NCBI GenBank assembly: GCA_030445695.1
Contig: JASUTF010000002.1
Coordinates: 1-32,000 of the forward strand
Length of the DNA stretch: 32,000 nt
Origin: Candidatus Iainarchaeum sp.
GTDB lineage: Archaea > Iainarchaeota > Iainarchaeia > JAADDC01
Reading direction: 5' to 3'
Both the position numbers and the translations under genes were made by a program. Positions 25,188 through 32,000 of this stretch are shown piece after piece. Position 1 is the stretch's first letter. Each line of letters opens with the position of its first letter. The notes beneath the pieces are model-generated. The model did not search any database, was not told where the DNA came from, and saw only the letters and a list, made by a program, of their open reading frames with translations.

Positions 25188-25204
25188 CTGAAACCAATAT
25201 ATTA
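25188..25204 (-). promoter_or_regulatory. thiI promoter: TATA box directly followed by GGTTTCAG
   Basis: The minus strand reads TAATATATT GGTTTCAG, followed by 13 nt and then GTG (25174). This is the same motif and the same 13-nt spacing as at the ccdA-like promoter. Confidence 0.5.
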
Positions 25205-25597
25205 CCTCGCGTAGAGGTGGCCCACTTCGAGGTGCGGGCGGAAGATGTGCGGTGCGTAAATTTCGATAAGAGCGTTGGTGAACTCTTCGGATCTGCCGTC
25301 GTGTATGCCCTTCTCGGCGATCTGATCAGAAAGCATGTAGTGGAACTCGTCCTCGCTCATATTCCCGCGGTAGACGTAGATTATCTCGCCCTCGGGTATG
25401 TTGTAGCGGGAACGGAACTCCTCCTCCATTTTCCGGGCAATATCGTTAATTCTTTCTTCTCCCTCAAAACCGTCTAGGCCCTGAACACCCCTTCTGGATA
25501 GCAATGCAGCCAGTTTTACCAGAGACGTCCGAAGAGGCGTCAGCTTCTGCCCTGCACGGAGAAGCGCCATACCCTTGACTTCGAGATACGTGGGCAC
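25202..25597 (-). CDS. Hypothetical protein (131 aa)
   Basis: The ORF has a GTG start about 27 nt downstream of GTTTTTATATTG (25619-25630, minus strand). I recognise no motif. Confidence 0.5.
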   Translation of the reverse strand: MPTYLEVKGMALLRAGQKLTPLRTSLVKLAALLSRRGVQGLDGFEGEERINDIARKMEEEFRSRYNIPEGEIIYVYRGNMSEDEFHYMLSDQIAEKGIHDGRSEEFTNALIEIYAPHIFRPHLEVGHLYAR

Positions 25598-25632
25598 GGA
25601 TTAATAAGGCAGCGGAACAATATAAAAACAAC

Positions 25633-25686
25633 GTGATGACGCCAAGCCGCTACTGACGAAAGGATGATGAAAGGAGGGATTGCTGA
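25633..25686 (+). ncRNA. C/D-box sRNA candidate (2'-O-methylation guide)
   Basis: The layout is GTGATGA (C, 25633-39), a 13-nt guide CGCCAAGCCGCTA, CTGA (D', 25653-56), a 7-nt spacer, ATGATGA (C', 25664-70), a 12-nt guide AAGGAGGGATTG, and CTGA (D, 25683-86). TTAATAAG lies about 28 nt upstream. Confidence 0.65.
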
Positions 25687-25714
25687 TTATAAACTACTGA
25701 TTTCAGTTCTAAAT

Positions 25715-26371
25715 ATGAAAGAAGAGTGGAAGGGGCAGCTTCGTATCTCCACGAACTATACCCACTCGGTTGTAACCGCATTGGGGATCAAAGAGGGCCA
25801 TCGCGTTCTGGACGTTGGCTGTGGGCCGGGCTATCACTCGGCAGTAGCCCACGTTCTTGGCGCAGAGGTGCACGCAATTGATCTGAACAAGAAAAACGTG
25901 GAGACGGCGAAGAAACTCATTATGCATCTCAATGAACTGAAAGAGGCCAAAAAACTTGAGCTACCGGGAGACCCGGCCAAAATACAAAAGATAATACTCA
26001 ATGCAATGAAGAATGAGCCGCCCAAAAAGCTTCCTGAGCGAGCACACATATATCACGGAGATGCGGCGGAACTGGACCGGCATATCTCCGATAAAGACGA
26101 ATACTTTGACGTAGCGCTGGTAATAGACGTATTACACCTGGTAAACATGCAACGCGGCCCAAAAGGTATAATGAAGGTGCTAAAACAGGTGCATAAAAAG
26201 TTAAAACCGGGTGGAAAGCTCGTAGCATTCAATTTCGAGCCAGGAATTCAGAACTACATCAATAAGATACTTGAGAGGTGGGGCTACCAGAGAATTGGCC
26301 TCTCCGAGCATGGAATTACAGAGCATGACAAACTAGCCCTGAAGCACGTGTGGATAAAACCCAAAGTATAA
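25715..26371 (+). CDS. Class I SAM-dependent methyltransferase
   Basis: It has VLDVGCGPGYHS (motif I) and KPGGKLVAF. The start is taken at the ATG at 25715 (MKEEWKG...). The track start at 25664 coincides with the C' box of the sRNA candidate. Confidence 0.7.
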   Translation: MKEEWKGQLRISTNYTHSVVTALGIKEGHRVLDVGCGPGYHSAVAHVLGAEVHAIDLNKKNVETAKKLIMHLNELKEAKKLELPGDPAKIQKIILNAMKNEPPKKLPERAHIYHGDAAELDRHISDKDEYFDVALVIDVLHLVNMQRGPKGIMKVLKQVHKKLKPGGKLVAFNFEPGIQNYINKILERWGYQRIGLSEHGITEHDKLALKHVWIKPKV

Positions 26372-26395
26372 AAGCATCTTTTTCGTTTTGAGAAC

Positions 26396-27127
26396 ATGGA
26401 CTTCAGCTTTGACGTGCCACAGGAGAAGGACCCGAAGAAGGAAGCACTGCTAAAATACTCAAAAATCGTGTTCATCGGCTGCTCGAGGAACGAAGAAAAA
26501 GATGCACACACCGTCCCAAAGTTCATGAAGGAGCACGGGTACGAGATCGCCTGCGTTAACCCCTTCGCAGAAGAGAACATTCTCGACGCGCCCACGTTCA
26601 AAGATATTGCAGACGTTCCAGACGAGTTCCTGGAAATCATCGATGTATTCCGCCCCTCTGAGGAGATACCGAAGATAGTGGACAGAATCATAGAAACGGG
26701 CAAGATTCCGAAGGTATTCTGGATGCAGGACGGGATAAGAAGTGAATACGCCCGCCAGAAACTCGAGCCATTGGGAGTCACGGTCATCGAGGACTCCTGC
26801 ATCATGCGCAAGCATATGGAGTTGTTCGTGAGCAAAGACCCCGTTTATGAGGCGATTCTGCGGTTTGCACGTACATATGCGAAGGCACAGGGCTTTGTTC
26901 TGAATCCAGACCCCGAGAAATTGGACGAAGTTATCTCAGGCCTTGCATACAACCAGAAGACGTATGGCTTCCGCTACTGTCCCTGCCGACCGATTACTGG
27001 AGATCTGGAGGAAGACAGAAAGAAGATCTGCCCGTGCTTCTGTCACCGCGACGAGATAAAACGCGACGGCCACTGCCACTGTGGCTTGTTCTGGGATCCG
27101 GAAGCTGCAAAGAGGTTGCAGAAGTAA
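26396..27127 (+). CDS. Fusion protein: CoA-binding domain + ferredoxin:thioredoxin-reductase catalytic-subunit-like domain
   Basis: The N-terminal part, [33 protein letters not shown]...[13 protein letters not shown]...FWMQDGI, is of the CoA_binding/YccU type. The C-terminal part, [39 protein letters not shown], has the CPC...CPC...CHC pattern of the FTR catalytic subunit. Confidence 0.75.
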   Translation: MDFSFDVPQEKDPKKEALLKYSKIVFIGCSRNEEKDAHTVPKFMKEHGYEIACVNPFAEENILDAPTFKDIADVPDEFLEIIDVFRPSEEIPKIVDRIIETGKIPKVFWMQDGIRSEYARQKLEPLGVTVIEDSCIMRKHMELFVSKDPVYEAILRFARTYAKAQGFVLNPDPEKLDEVISGLAYNQKTYGFRYCPCRPITGDLEEDRKKICPCFCHRDEIKRDGHCHCGLFWDPEAAKRLQK

Positions 27128-27157
27128 ATATGCAGGGTCTGACTAACATTGTTAATT

Positions 27158-27187
27158 CTTTAAAGAACCTTTGCACAATTGTGCAAA
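27158..27187 (+). promoter_or_regulatory. gdhA promoter: TATA-like CTTTAAAGAA followed by the 18-bp perfect palindrome TTTGCACA-AT-TGTGCAAA
   Basis: The palindrome is at 27170-27187 and the TATA-like box at 27158-27167. The Shine-Dalgarno sequence AAGGAGGTGG and the ATG at 27211 lie downstream. Confidence 0.55.
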
Positions 27188-27210
27188 TATACAAACAAGG
27201 AGGTGGTCAG

Positions 27211-28437
27211 ATGGTATTTGAGCAGGGTATAAAGCGGTTGGAGCACACGGCAGAGAAGATAGGACTTGAGGACTGGATTCTGGAGGCACTGAAGCGTCCG
27301 AAACGTGTTGTTAAGGTCTCCTTCCCCGTCAAGATGGACAACGGAACCATAAAGACGTTCACGGGCTATCGCGTTCTCTACAACGACGCACGCGGCCCAG
27401 GCAAGGGTGGAATCCGCTATCACCCCAACGTGAACGAGGATGAGGTCACGGCACTGGCGTTCTGGATGACCATTAAGAACGCTGTAGTGGATCTGCCCTA
27501 CGGCGGTGCAAAGGGCGGAATTACTGTTAACCCCAAGGAACTATCGCCAACGGAACTCGAACGCCTCTCCCGCGCATACATAAGGGCAATAGCGGATGTC
27601 ATCGGCGACGAGAGGGACATCCCCGCACCTGACGTCTACACGAACCCCAAGATAATGGCGTGGATGGTGGACGAGTACGAGACCATCGTCCGCAAGCACG
27701 AGAACGGTGTGATAACGGGCAAGCCCCTCTCCATCGGCGGTTCCAAGGGAAGATTTACTGCAACGTCCTGGGGCGGATTCTTCGTCATGGAGGAGGCCTT
27801 GAAGACCTACGGCATCGACGGAAAGACCGTGGCAATCCAGGGTATAGGCAACGTGGGTGGTGGGCTGGCACAGATACTTTACGACAAGGGCTACAAGGTC
27901 GTGGCTATCTCCGACTCCAAGGGCGGCATATACAACCCGGACGGTCTGAACATTCCCGCAGTGATGGAGCACAAGAAGAAGACGGGCCGCGTCTCCGGAT
28001 TCCCAGGCGCAAAGGACATAACCAACGAAGAATTACTAGAATTGGACGTGGATGTTCTCGTCCCCGCAGCCATAGAGAATGTCATAACGAAGGAGAACGC
28101 GGACAGAATAAAGGCAAAGATTGTTCTGGAACTGGCAAACGGCCCGACAACCGCAGAGGCGGACGAGATACTCAAGAAGAAGGGCATCGTCGTCGTCCCA
28201 GACGTCCTGGCCAACGCGGGCGGAGTGACTGTATCCTACTTCGAGTGGGTGCAGAACCGCATGGGCTTCTACTGGACGGAGGAAGAGGTGCTCGAACGCC
28301 TGAGGAACAAGATGGTCTCAGCGTTCCATGACGTCCACAAGAAAGCAGAAGAGCTCGACGACGATTTGAGAACAGGAGCCTACGCAGTGGCTGTGGAAAG
28401 GGTTGCGGAGGCCATGCGCGACCGCTACGGCCACTGA
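27211..28437 (+). CDS. gdhA: Glutamate dehydrogenase
   Basis: The ATG at 27211 follows a strong Shine-Dalgarno sequence and gives [11 protein letters not shown]...[16 protein letters not shown]...LPYGGAKGG...GIGNVGG (408 aa). The upstream 59 codons of the track ORF cross the intergenic promoter. Confidence 0.9.
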   Translation: MVFEQGIKRLEHTAEKIGLEDWILEALKRPKRVVKVSFPVKMDNGTIKTFTGYRVLYNDARGPGKGGIRYHPNVNEDEVTALAFWMTIKNAVVDLPYGGAKGGITVNPKELSPTELERLSRAYIRAIADVIGDERDIPAPDVYTNPKIMAWMVDEYETIVRKHENGVITGKPLSIGGSKGRFTATSWGGFFVMEEALKTYGIDGKTVAIQGIGNVGGGLAQILYDKGYKVVAISDSKGGIYNPDGLNIPAVMEHKKKTGRVSGFPGAKDITNEELLELDVDVLVPAAIENVITKENADRIKAKIVLELANGPTTAEADEILKKKGIVVVPDVLANAGGVTVSYFEWVQNRMGFYWTEEEVLERLRNKMVSAFHDVHKKAEELDDDLRTGAYAVAVERVAEAMRDRYGH

Positions 28438-29483
28438 ACCCATTCTTCAACCTCTTCTTTGCATGCATTGAATTCTACCCTCTCGTCACACGGGCAGTAG
28501 AACGGGATGAAATCGTCCGAAGAGTGCCAGTAGATCGTGCCGGAATAGCACTCACAGTTTATAGAAGAAGAACCCAATTCAATTAAGGGCGATTCTGCGT
28601 TACTGCAGATGTATGAATAACTGTCTACCACGAGTGTCACATTCGAGAAGTTAGCGTAAATCGCAGGTCCCAAAGTGGGCCGGAGAATCCGGATTCGTTT
28701 CAGCATAATGCCATCTGAAAAACTAATGACAAGCGGTGCTGCAGCGTCAGCCCAGAAGTCCTCTCCATTCTTCGTCATTTGCTTATCAAGATACGCGATG
28801 GATACGCCGTCTAGCCGGCAGGAATCAGAATTGTACAAAACAACTCCAGATCCCGTAGGGTCTGTCGGTACTGCTACCTCGTGAAGAGTAACGTCGTAAG
28901 AGTTCTCTATGCGTATGGCAGACCCGCCATAACCATGAAATCCGACCACAAGGTTGTGTAGAACGACGCGTGAGACACCATCCAAATGAATGGAGCTTGC
29001 CCAGCCAGCATAATCCCACACCTGAACATTAATGTCCTCCAAAGACACACCAGTGGACGAGTTTATCTCAATTGCCGGTGAACTGTTCGGGTTGAAATGC
29101 GTTGCATATATAAAGTGTCCGTTTCCGTCAAAGACAATCCACCGTTTATACGGTACGCGCAACCCCGATACTTTAATGCAAGAGCCGTTCTGTCTACCAA
29201 TATCCCGCGTTAAAGTAACATAGACGTTGATACCCATCGCATTAGCAATTCTATTGGCCTCCAGAAGAGCGTTGACGCACGATTCGCAAGAGTTACATTC
29301 AAGATGGCCTATATTTTGAATGTTAGGGTGTTGGGATCCGTGTTCTTTCGCGCTCCTGGGCTGGATGTTCACTAATGTAGAATCGACGCGCACCAGCGTA
29401 TTTGAAAACTGAACAATCGCCACAACAACAACTAATAGAATCAAAAAGATTACAGCAAGTTCCTGTAGCTTTGGGCGATACAT
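28425..29483 (-). CDS. Membrane-anchored, Cys-rich right-handed beta-helix repeat protein (NosD/pectate-lyase-like fold)
   Basis: 352 aa with an N-terminal transmembrane helix, then [18 protein letters not shown]. Repeated V/I-x-L/I-x-N/D-type beta-helix rungs follow ([36 protein letters not shown]). It converges on and overlaps the gdhA 3' end by 13 nt. Confidence 0.55.
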   Translation of the reverse strand: MYRPKLQELAVIFLILLVVVVAIVQFSNTLVRVDSTLVNIQPRSAKEHGSQHPNIQNIGHLECNSCESCVNALLEANRIANAMGINVYVTLTRDIGRQNGSCIKVSGLRVPYKRWIVFDGNGHFIYATHFNPNSSPAIEINSSTGVSLEDINVQVWDYAGWASSIHLDGVSRVVLHNLVVGFHGYGGSAIRIENSYDVTLHEVAVPTDPTGSGVVLYNSDSCRLDGVSIAYLDKQMTKNGEDFWADAAAPLVISFSDGIMLKRIRILRPTLGPAIYANFSNVTLVVDSYSYICSNAESPLIELGSSSINCECYSGTIYWHSSDDFIPFYCPCDERVEFNACKEEVEEWVQWP

Positions 29484-29502
29484 CGAGATATATAATGCCT
29501 CG

Positions 29503-29814
29503 CTACTTTATTATTCCTGGCGTCGGTTTTTCAGCGCTCAGAGTTTTCTCTGCCAGTTCAAGAATTCTGCGGACAGCATCAACGTCGTTCACGTAGACGA
29601 TTATCTTCCTGCCCTCACGACGAGAAGTGACTATCCCGGCATCCTCAAGAACCTTTATGTGACGCCAGGCGGTAGAAACGTCCTTTCCTATACACGCAGC
29701 AACGTCCTGAGCACATTTGGGGTCGGATATTATTTCGTAGAGTATGCGCAACCGTGATTCGCTGGCAAGAGCACGGAAAAAGCGGGCAAGACGTGTTAGA
29801 TCGTGATAATTCAT
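29503..29814 (-). CDS. ArsR/SmtB-family winged-helix transcription regulator
   Basis: The ATG at 29814 gives MNYHDLTRLARFFRALASESRLRILYEI...CAQDVAACIGKDVSTAWRHIKVLEDAGIV. The track start at 29832 is a TTG inside the operator palindrome. Confidence 0.8.
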   Translation of the reverse strand: MNYHDLTRLARFFRALASESRLRILYEIISDPKCAQDVAACIGKDVSTAWRHIKVLEDAGIVTSRREGRKIIVYVNDVDAVRRILELAEKTLSAEKPTPGIIK

Positions 29815-29815
29815 A

Positions 29816-29846
29816 TTTGCATAGTTATGCAAACATCTTTAAAAAC
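29816..29846. promoter_or_regulatory. arsR/pdo divergent control region: the 18-bp perfect palindrome TTTGCATA-GT-TATGCAAA next to a shared TATA box
   Basis: The palindrome is at 29816-29833. The TATA-like CTTTAAAAAC is at 29837-29846. On the minus strand this reads TTTAAAG-ATG-palindrome-T-ATG(arsR). Confidence 0.55.
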
Positions 29847-29896
29847 AACGATTCCATTTAACAGGGTTAAAGTTCCGATTATCGAGGTGAGAAATT

Positions 29897-30574
29897 ATGG
29901 TTTTGAGTGACAAAGACAAAGAGGGTGTTAAGAAGCTCCTCGAGCCGGTTCAGAGGGACGTGAAGATCCTGTTCTTCAGGGACGACTCTTCGCGTTGCCA
30001 GTACTGCGATGTTATAGAGGAACTGCTCGAAGATATTCATTCTGTCAACGAGCACGTCATCTACGAGGTTCTGGACGCGAACAGCGACAAGGCAAAGGAA
30101 TACGGCATTGAGGGTGGCCCCGTCCTCCTCTTTGAGGAGAGGCCGAACATCCGCTACAGGGGAATTCCTTCAGGTCACGAGTTCCCAGCATTCCTTGATG
30201 ACATCGTTACAATCGCAAAGGGATCCGTGGATCTGAATGCAAACGCCGCGAAGAAGATCGCAAGGATACAGGAGCCGCTCCACGTGCTGATCTTCGTCAC
30301 ACCGACCTGTCCATACTGTCCACTGGCAGTTAGGGCTGCACACCACTTCGCATACGCCAACGACAAGATACTGGCAGAGATGGTAGAGGCCATTGAGTGG
30401 AGTGACCTGGCAGACCAGTACCGCGTCTCCGCGGTGCCCAAGATCGTTGTGCTCGACCCCGAAACGGGCAACGAACTGCTGGAGTGGGAAGGTGCCGTCC
30501 CTGAGGAAGTGTTCGCAGACTACCTGCTCCATGCGCTTGAGCACAAGCACGGGGCCCACGACCATCACCACTGA
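29897..30574 (+). CDS. Protein disulfide oxidoreductase (glutaredoxin-like; two thioredoxin folds)
   Basis: 225 aa with two CxxC sites (SRCQYCD and PTCPYCP) and a His-rich C-terminal tail, HKHGAHDHHH. A GAGGTGA Shine-Dalgarno sequence lies upstream. Confidence 0.8.
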   Translation: MVLSDKDKEGVKKLLEPVQRDVKILFFRDDSSRCQYCDVIEELLEDIHSVNEHVIYEVLDANSDKAKEYGIEGGPVLLFEERPNIRYRGIPSGHEFPAFLDDIVTIAKGSVDLNANAAKKIARIQEPLHVLIFVTPTCPYCPLAVRAAHHFAYANDKILAEMVEAIEWSDLADQYRVSAVPKIVVLDPETGNELLEWEGAVPEEVFADYLLHALEHKHGAHDHHH

Positions 30575-30586
30575 GGAGGTGGTGGC

Positions 30587-31576
30587 ATGCCGTCCCCCTT
30601 CTCTTTTTCCCTCGAATCACCGGTGCTATCGAAGGCAGAGCTGAAGCCGGAATATGACGTGGTCATCGTCGGCGGAGGACCTGCAGGCCTCGCAACAGCC
30701 ATCTACGCAGCCCGTGCCATGCTCCGAACCGCTGTAATCTCCAAGGATTTTGGAGGGCAGGTTTTAGACGCACACTCCGTGGAGAACTATCCCGGATTCA
30801 TCAAAACAACGGGGCAGGAACTCATGAACGCGTTCAAAGAACACGCGGAGCATTTCGGTGCTGAACTCATTCAAGCAACGGTAAAGGACATCTGGAGGGA
30901 AGGCGATCACTTCGTCGTCGACACAGACAGAGGAAGCACAAAGGCACCGGCCATCATATACGCAACGGGCTCAACGCACAGGAAACTGGGCGTTCCGGGC
31001 GAGGAAGAGTTCCTCGGGAAGGGGGTTTCTTACTGTGCCATCTGCGACGCCGCTCTGTTTCAGGGTAAGGTCGTTGCTGTCGTTGGCGGGGGCAACATGG
31101 CGTTCATGGACGCAGACCTGCTCACTCAGCACGCCTCCAAAGTTTATATCATCCACCGTCGCAACGAGTTCCGTGCAGAGCCCCTCTGGGTTGAACGCCT
31201 GAAGAAGAACCCGAAGGTGGAGTTCATAACGCCCTACGTTGTCGAGCGCATCGAGGGCACAGACAAGGTCGAGAAGCTCATCATAAAGAACAGAGAGACG
31301 GGAGAGACGAAGGAACTGCCCGTAGACGGTGTGTTCATCGACATCGGCATGATCCCGCAGACAGAACTGGCAAAAAGGGTCGGTGTGGAACTGAACGAGC
31401 GTGGATACATCATAGTCAGGGAAGACCAGAGCACAAACGTTTCGGGCTTCTTCGCGGCGGGAGACGTGACCACGGGCATGAACGGCGTGCATCAGATCGT
31501 CACCGCAGCGGCGAAGGGAGCCATAGCAGCTCTGTCCGCCTACGACTACCTGAAGGGCAAAGGCTTCGTGAAGTAA
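30587..31576 (+). CDS. trxB: Thioredoxin reductase (low-Mr flavoprotein disulfide reductase)
   Basis: 329 aa with YDVVIVGGGPAGLATAIYAARA, the redox-active CAICDA, VVGGGNMA and FAAGDV. A GGAGGTGG Shine-Dalgarno sequence lies 6 nt upstream. Confidence 0.85.
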   Translation: MPSPFSFSLESPVLSKAELKPEYDVVIVGGGPAGLATAIYAARAMLRTAVISKDFGGQVLDAHSVENYPGFIKTTGQELMNAFKEHAEHFGAELIQATVKDIWREGDHFVVDTDRGSTKAPAIIYATGSTHRKLGVPGEEEFLGKGVSYCAICDAALFQGKVVAVVGGGNMAFMDADLLTQHASKVYIIHRRNEFRAEPLWVERLKKNPKVEFITPYVVERIEGTDKVEKLIIKNRETGETKELPVDGVFIDIGMIPQTELAKRVGVELNERGYIIVREDQSTNVSGFFAAGDVTTGMNGVHQIVTAAAKGAIAALSAYDYLKGKGFVK

Positions 31577-31609
31577 ACCCTTTTATTGTTCGTCACTCTT
31601 CTCTTTCTC

Positions 31610-32000
31610 GTGCCAGAAAAGAAAAAGTTCCGCTACTCACTTAAACGGCCTGAAGACGTTGCAGGAGAAGCATACTTGCGGTCACTGACCGGCAATGAGG
31701 CATCAGAAATATCCAGAAGTATGAGGGGAACAGGACTTCAGAACAACCCAAAGCTGTGGGGTACCAAACTAAGGAGAAACGCGAGATTCGCGGCGGTTCC
31801 CAAGAACGTGGAGGAAATACGCAGAATTCTTGGAATAGGAGACGAGCATACTGTGATTGTAGCGCCAGTATACTCCGGAGAGTGGAGCAAAATGCACCCA
31901 AATGCCGTAGGAATCGATTTCTCCGAGGAAGCCCTTAAAAGACACCACAATGAACACAGAGTCCTGGCAGATCTCCGGAACATTCCGCTCCCGGATAGTT
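31610..32000 (+). CDS. Open-ended ORF, possibly a methyltransferase-like protein (5' part)
   Basis: This frame is open from 31577 to the window end. Candidate starts are GTG 31610 and ATG 31721. The translation ...VIVAPVYSGEWSKMHPNAVGIDFSEEALKRHHNEHRVLADLRNIPLPDS resembles the xxGIDxSEEML...LPF layout of class I methyltransferases, but the Gly-rich loop is not canonical. Confidence 0.35.
   Translation, partial: MPEKKKFRYSLKRPEDVAGEAYLRSLTGNEASEISRSMRGTGLQNNPKLWGTKLRRNARFAAVPKNVEEIRRILGIGDEHTVIVAPVYSGEWSKMHPNAVGIDFSEEALKRHHNEHRVLADLRNIPLPDS

Noticed and set aside
27034-27210. 59-codon N-terminal extension of gdhA; similar extensions of the DHH gene at 6133-6381 and the aaRS at 5037-5129
   Set aside because: The extensions cross promoter and operator sequences or the preceding gene. 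The internal ATGs give canonical N-termini, and for gdhA the internal ATG follows a strong Shine-Dalgarno sequence.
27660-28331. 223-aa Arg/Gly-rich plus-strand ORF inside gdhA
   Set aside because: It is an alternative frame of a highly conserved gene. The repetitive R/G composition is typical of an off-frame artefact in GC-rich codon usage.
29848-29896. A SurR-type GTTn3AAC operator in the arsR/pdo intergenic region
   Set aside because: Only AAC-AGG-GTT is present, which is the inverse arrangement. The regulator is also much shorter than SurR, so I do not claim a SurR orthology.
31641-31983. Minus-strand ORFs 31641-31901, 31738-31983 and 31769-31957, and the plus-strand ORF 31756-31938
   Set aside because: They overlap one another and their translations are low-complexity and unlike real coding sequence. 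The open-ended plus-strand frame starting at or after 31610 is more plausible, though still uncertain.
1-32000. CRISPR arrays, transposases, integrases, toxin-antitoxin pairs, restriction-modification or other defence systems
   Set aside because: I scanned both strands. There are no regularly spaced repeats, no terminal inverted repeats flanking ORFs, and no recognisable nuclease, integrase or defence motifs.

Overview
This is a dense archaeal chromosome segment with about 45 genes. Archaeal markers are an archaeal-type SAM synthetase, a type-2 methionine aminopeptidase, AlaX, a two-CxxC protein disulfide oxidoreductase next to thioredoxin reductase, and a C/D-box sRNA candidate. TATA-like boxes sit about 25-30 nt upstream of many start codons, and the tRNA genes lack an encoded CCA. 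The lineage looks like a thermophilic euryarchaeote, but the exact taxon cannot be determined from the sequence. Most of the content is housekeeping. Translation and fidelity genes are gatC-gatA, an Asp/Asn-type class IIb tRNA synthetase, hisS, alaX, a ybaK-like deacylase, thiI, map, tRNA-Thr(GGU) and tRNA-Gly(UCC). Also present are metK, gdhA, transporters (MATE, HdeD-like, BI-1-like, a small export protein) and three DHH phosphoesterase paralogs. I found no CRISPR array, transposase, integrase or recognisable defence gene. The most unusual item is a translationally coupled minus-strand operon, plsY - divergent plsY - DAK2 (FakA-like) - DegV (FakB-like) at 810-3710, with a second DegV at 13284-14111. 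This is the bacterial fatty-acid-kinase/acyl-phosphate acyltransferase pathway, unexpected in an archaeon. The right half (22.2-31.6 kb) is enriched in thiol/disulfide components: CcdA-like, membrane Trx-like, thiI with a rhodanese tail, a membrane-anchored wHTH with a CGC motif, a CoA-binding::ferredoxin-thioredoxin-reductase fusion, and ArsR-PDO-TrxR. It also carries two shared cis-elements. One is an 18-bp palindrome, TTTGCAYA-N2-TRTGCAAA, at both the gdhA and arsR/pdo promoters. The other is a TATA-GGTTTCAG-N13-start architecture at the HAD/ccdA and thiI promoters. All family assignments rest on motif recognition by eye and memory; no searches were run.
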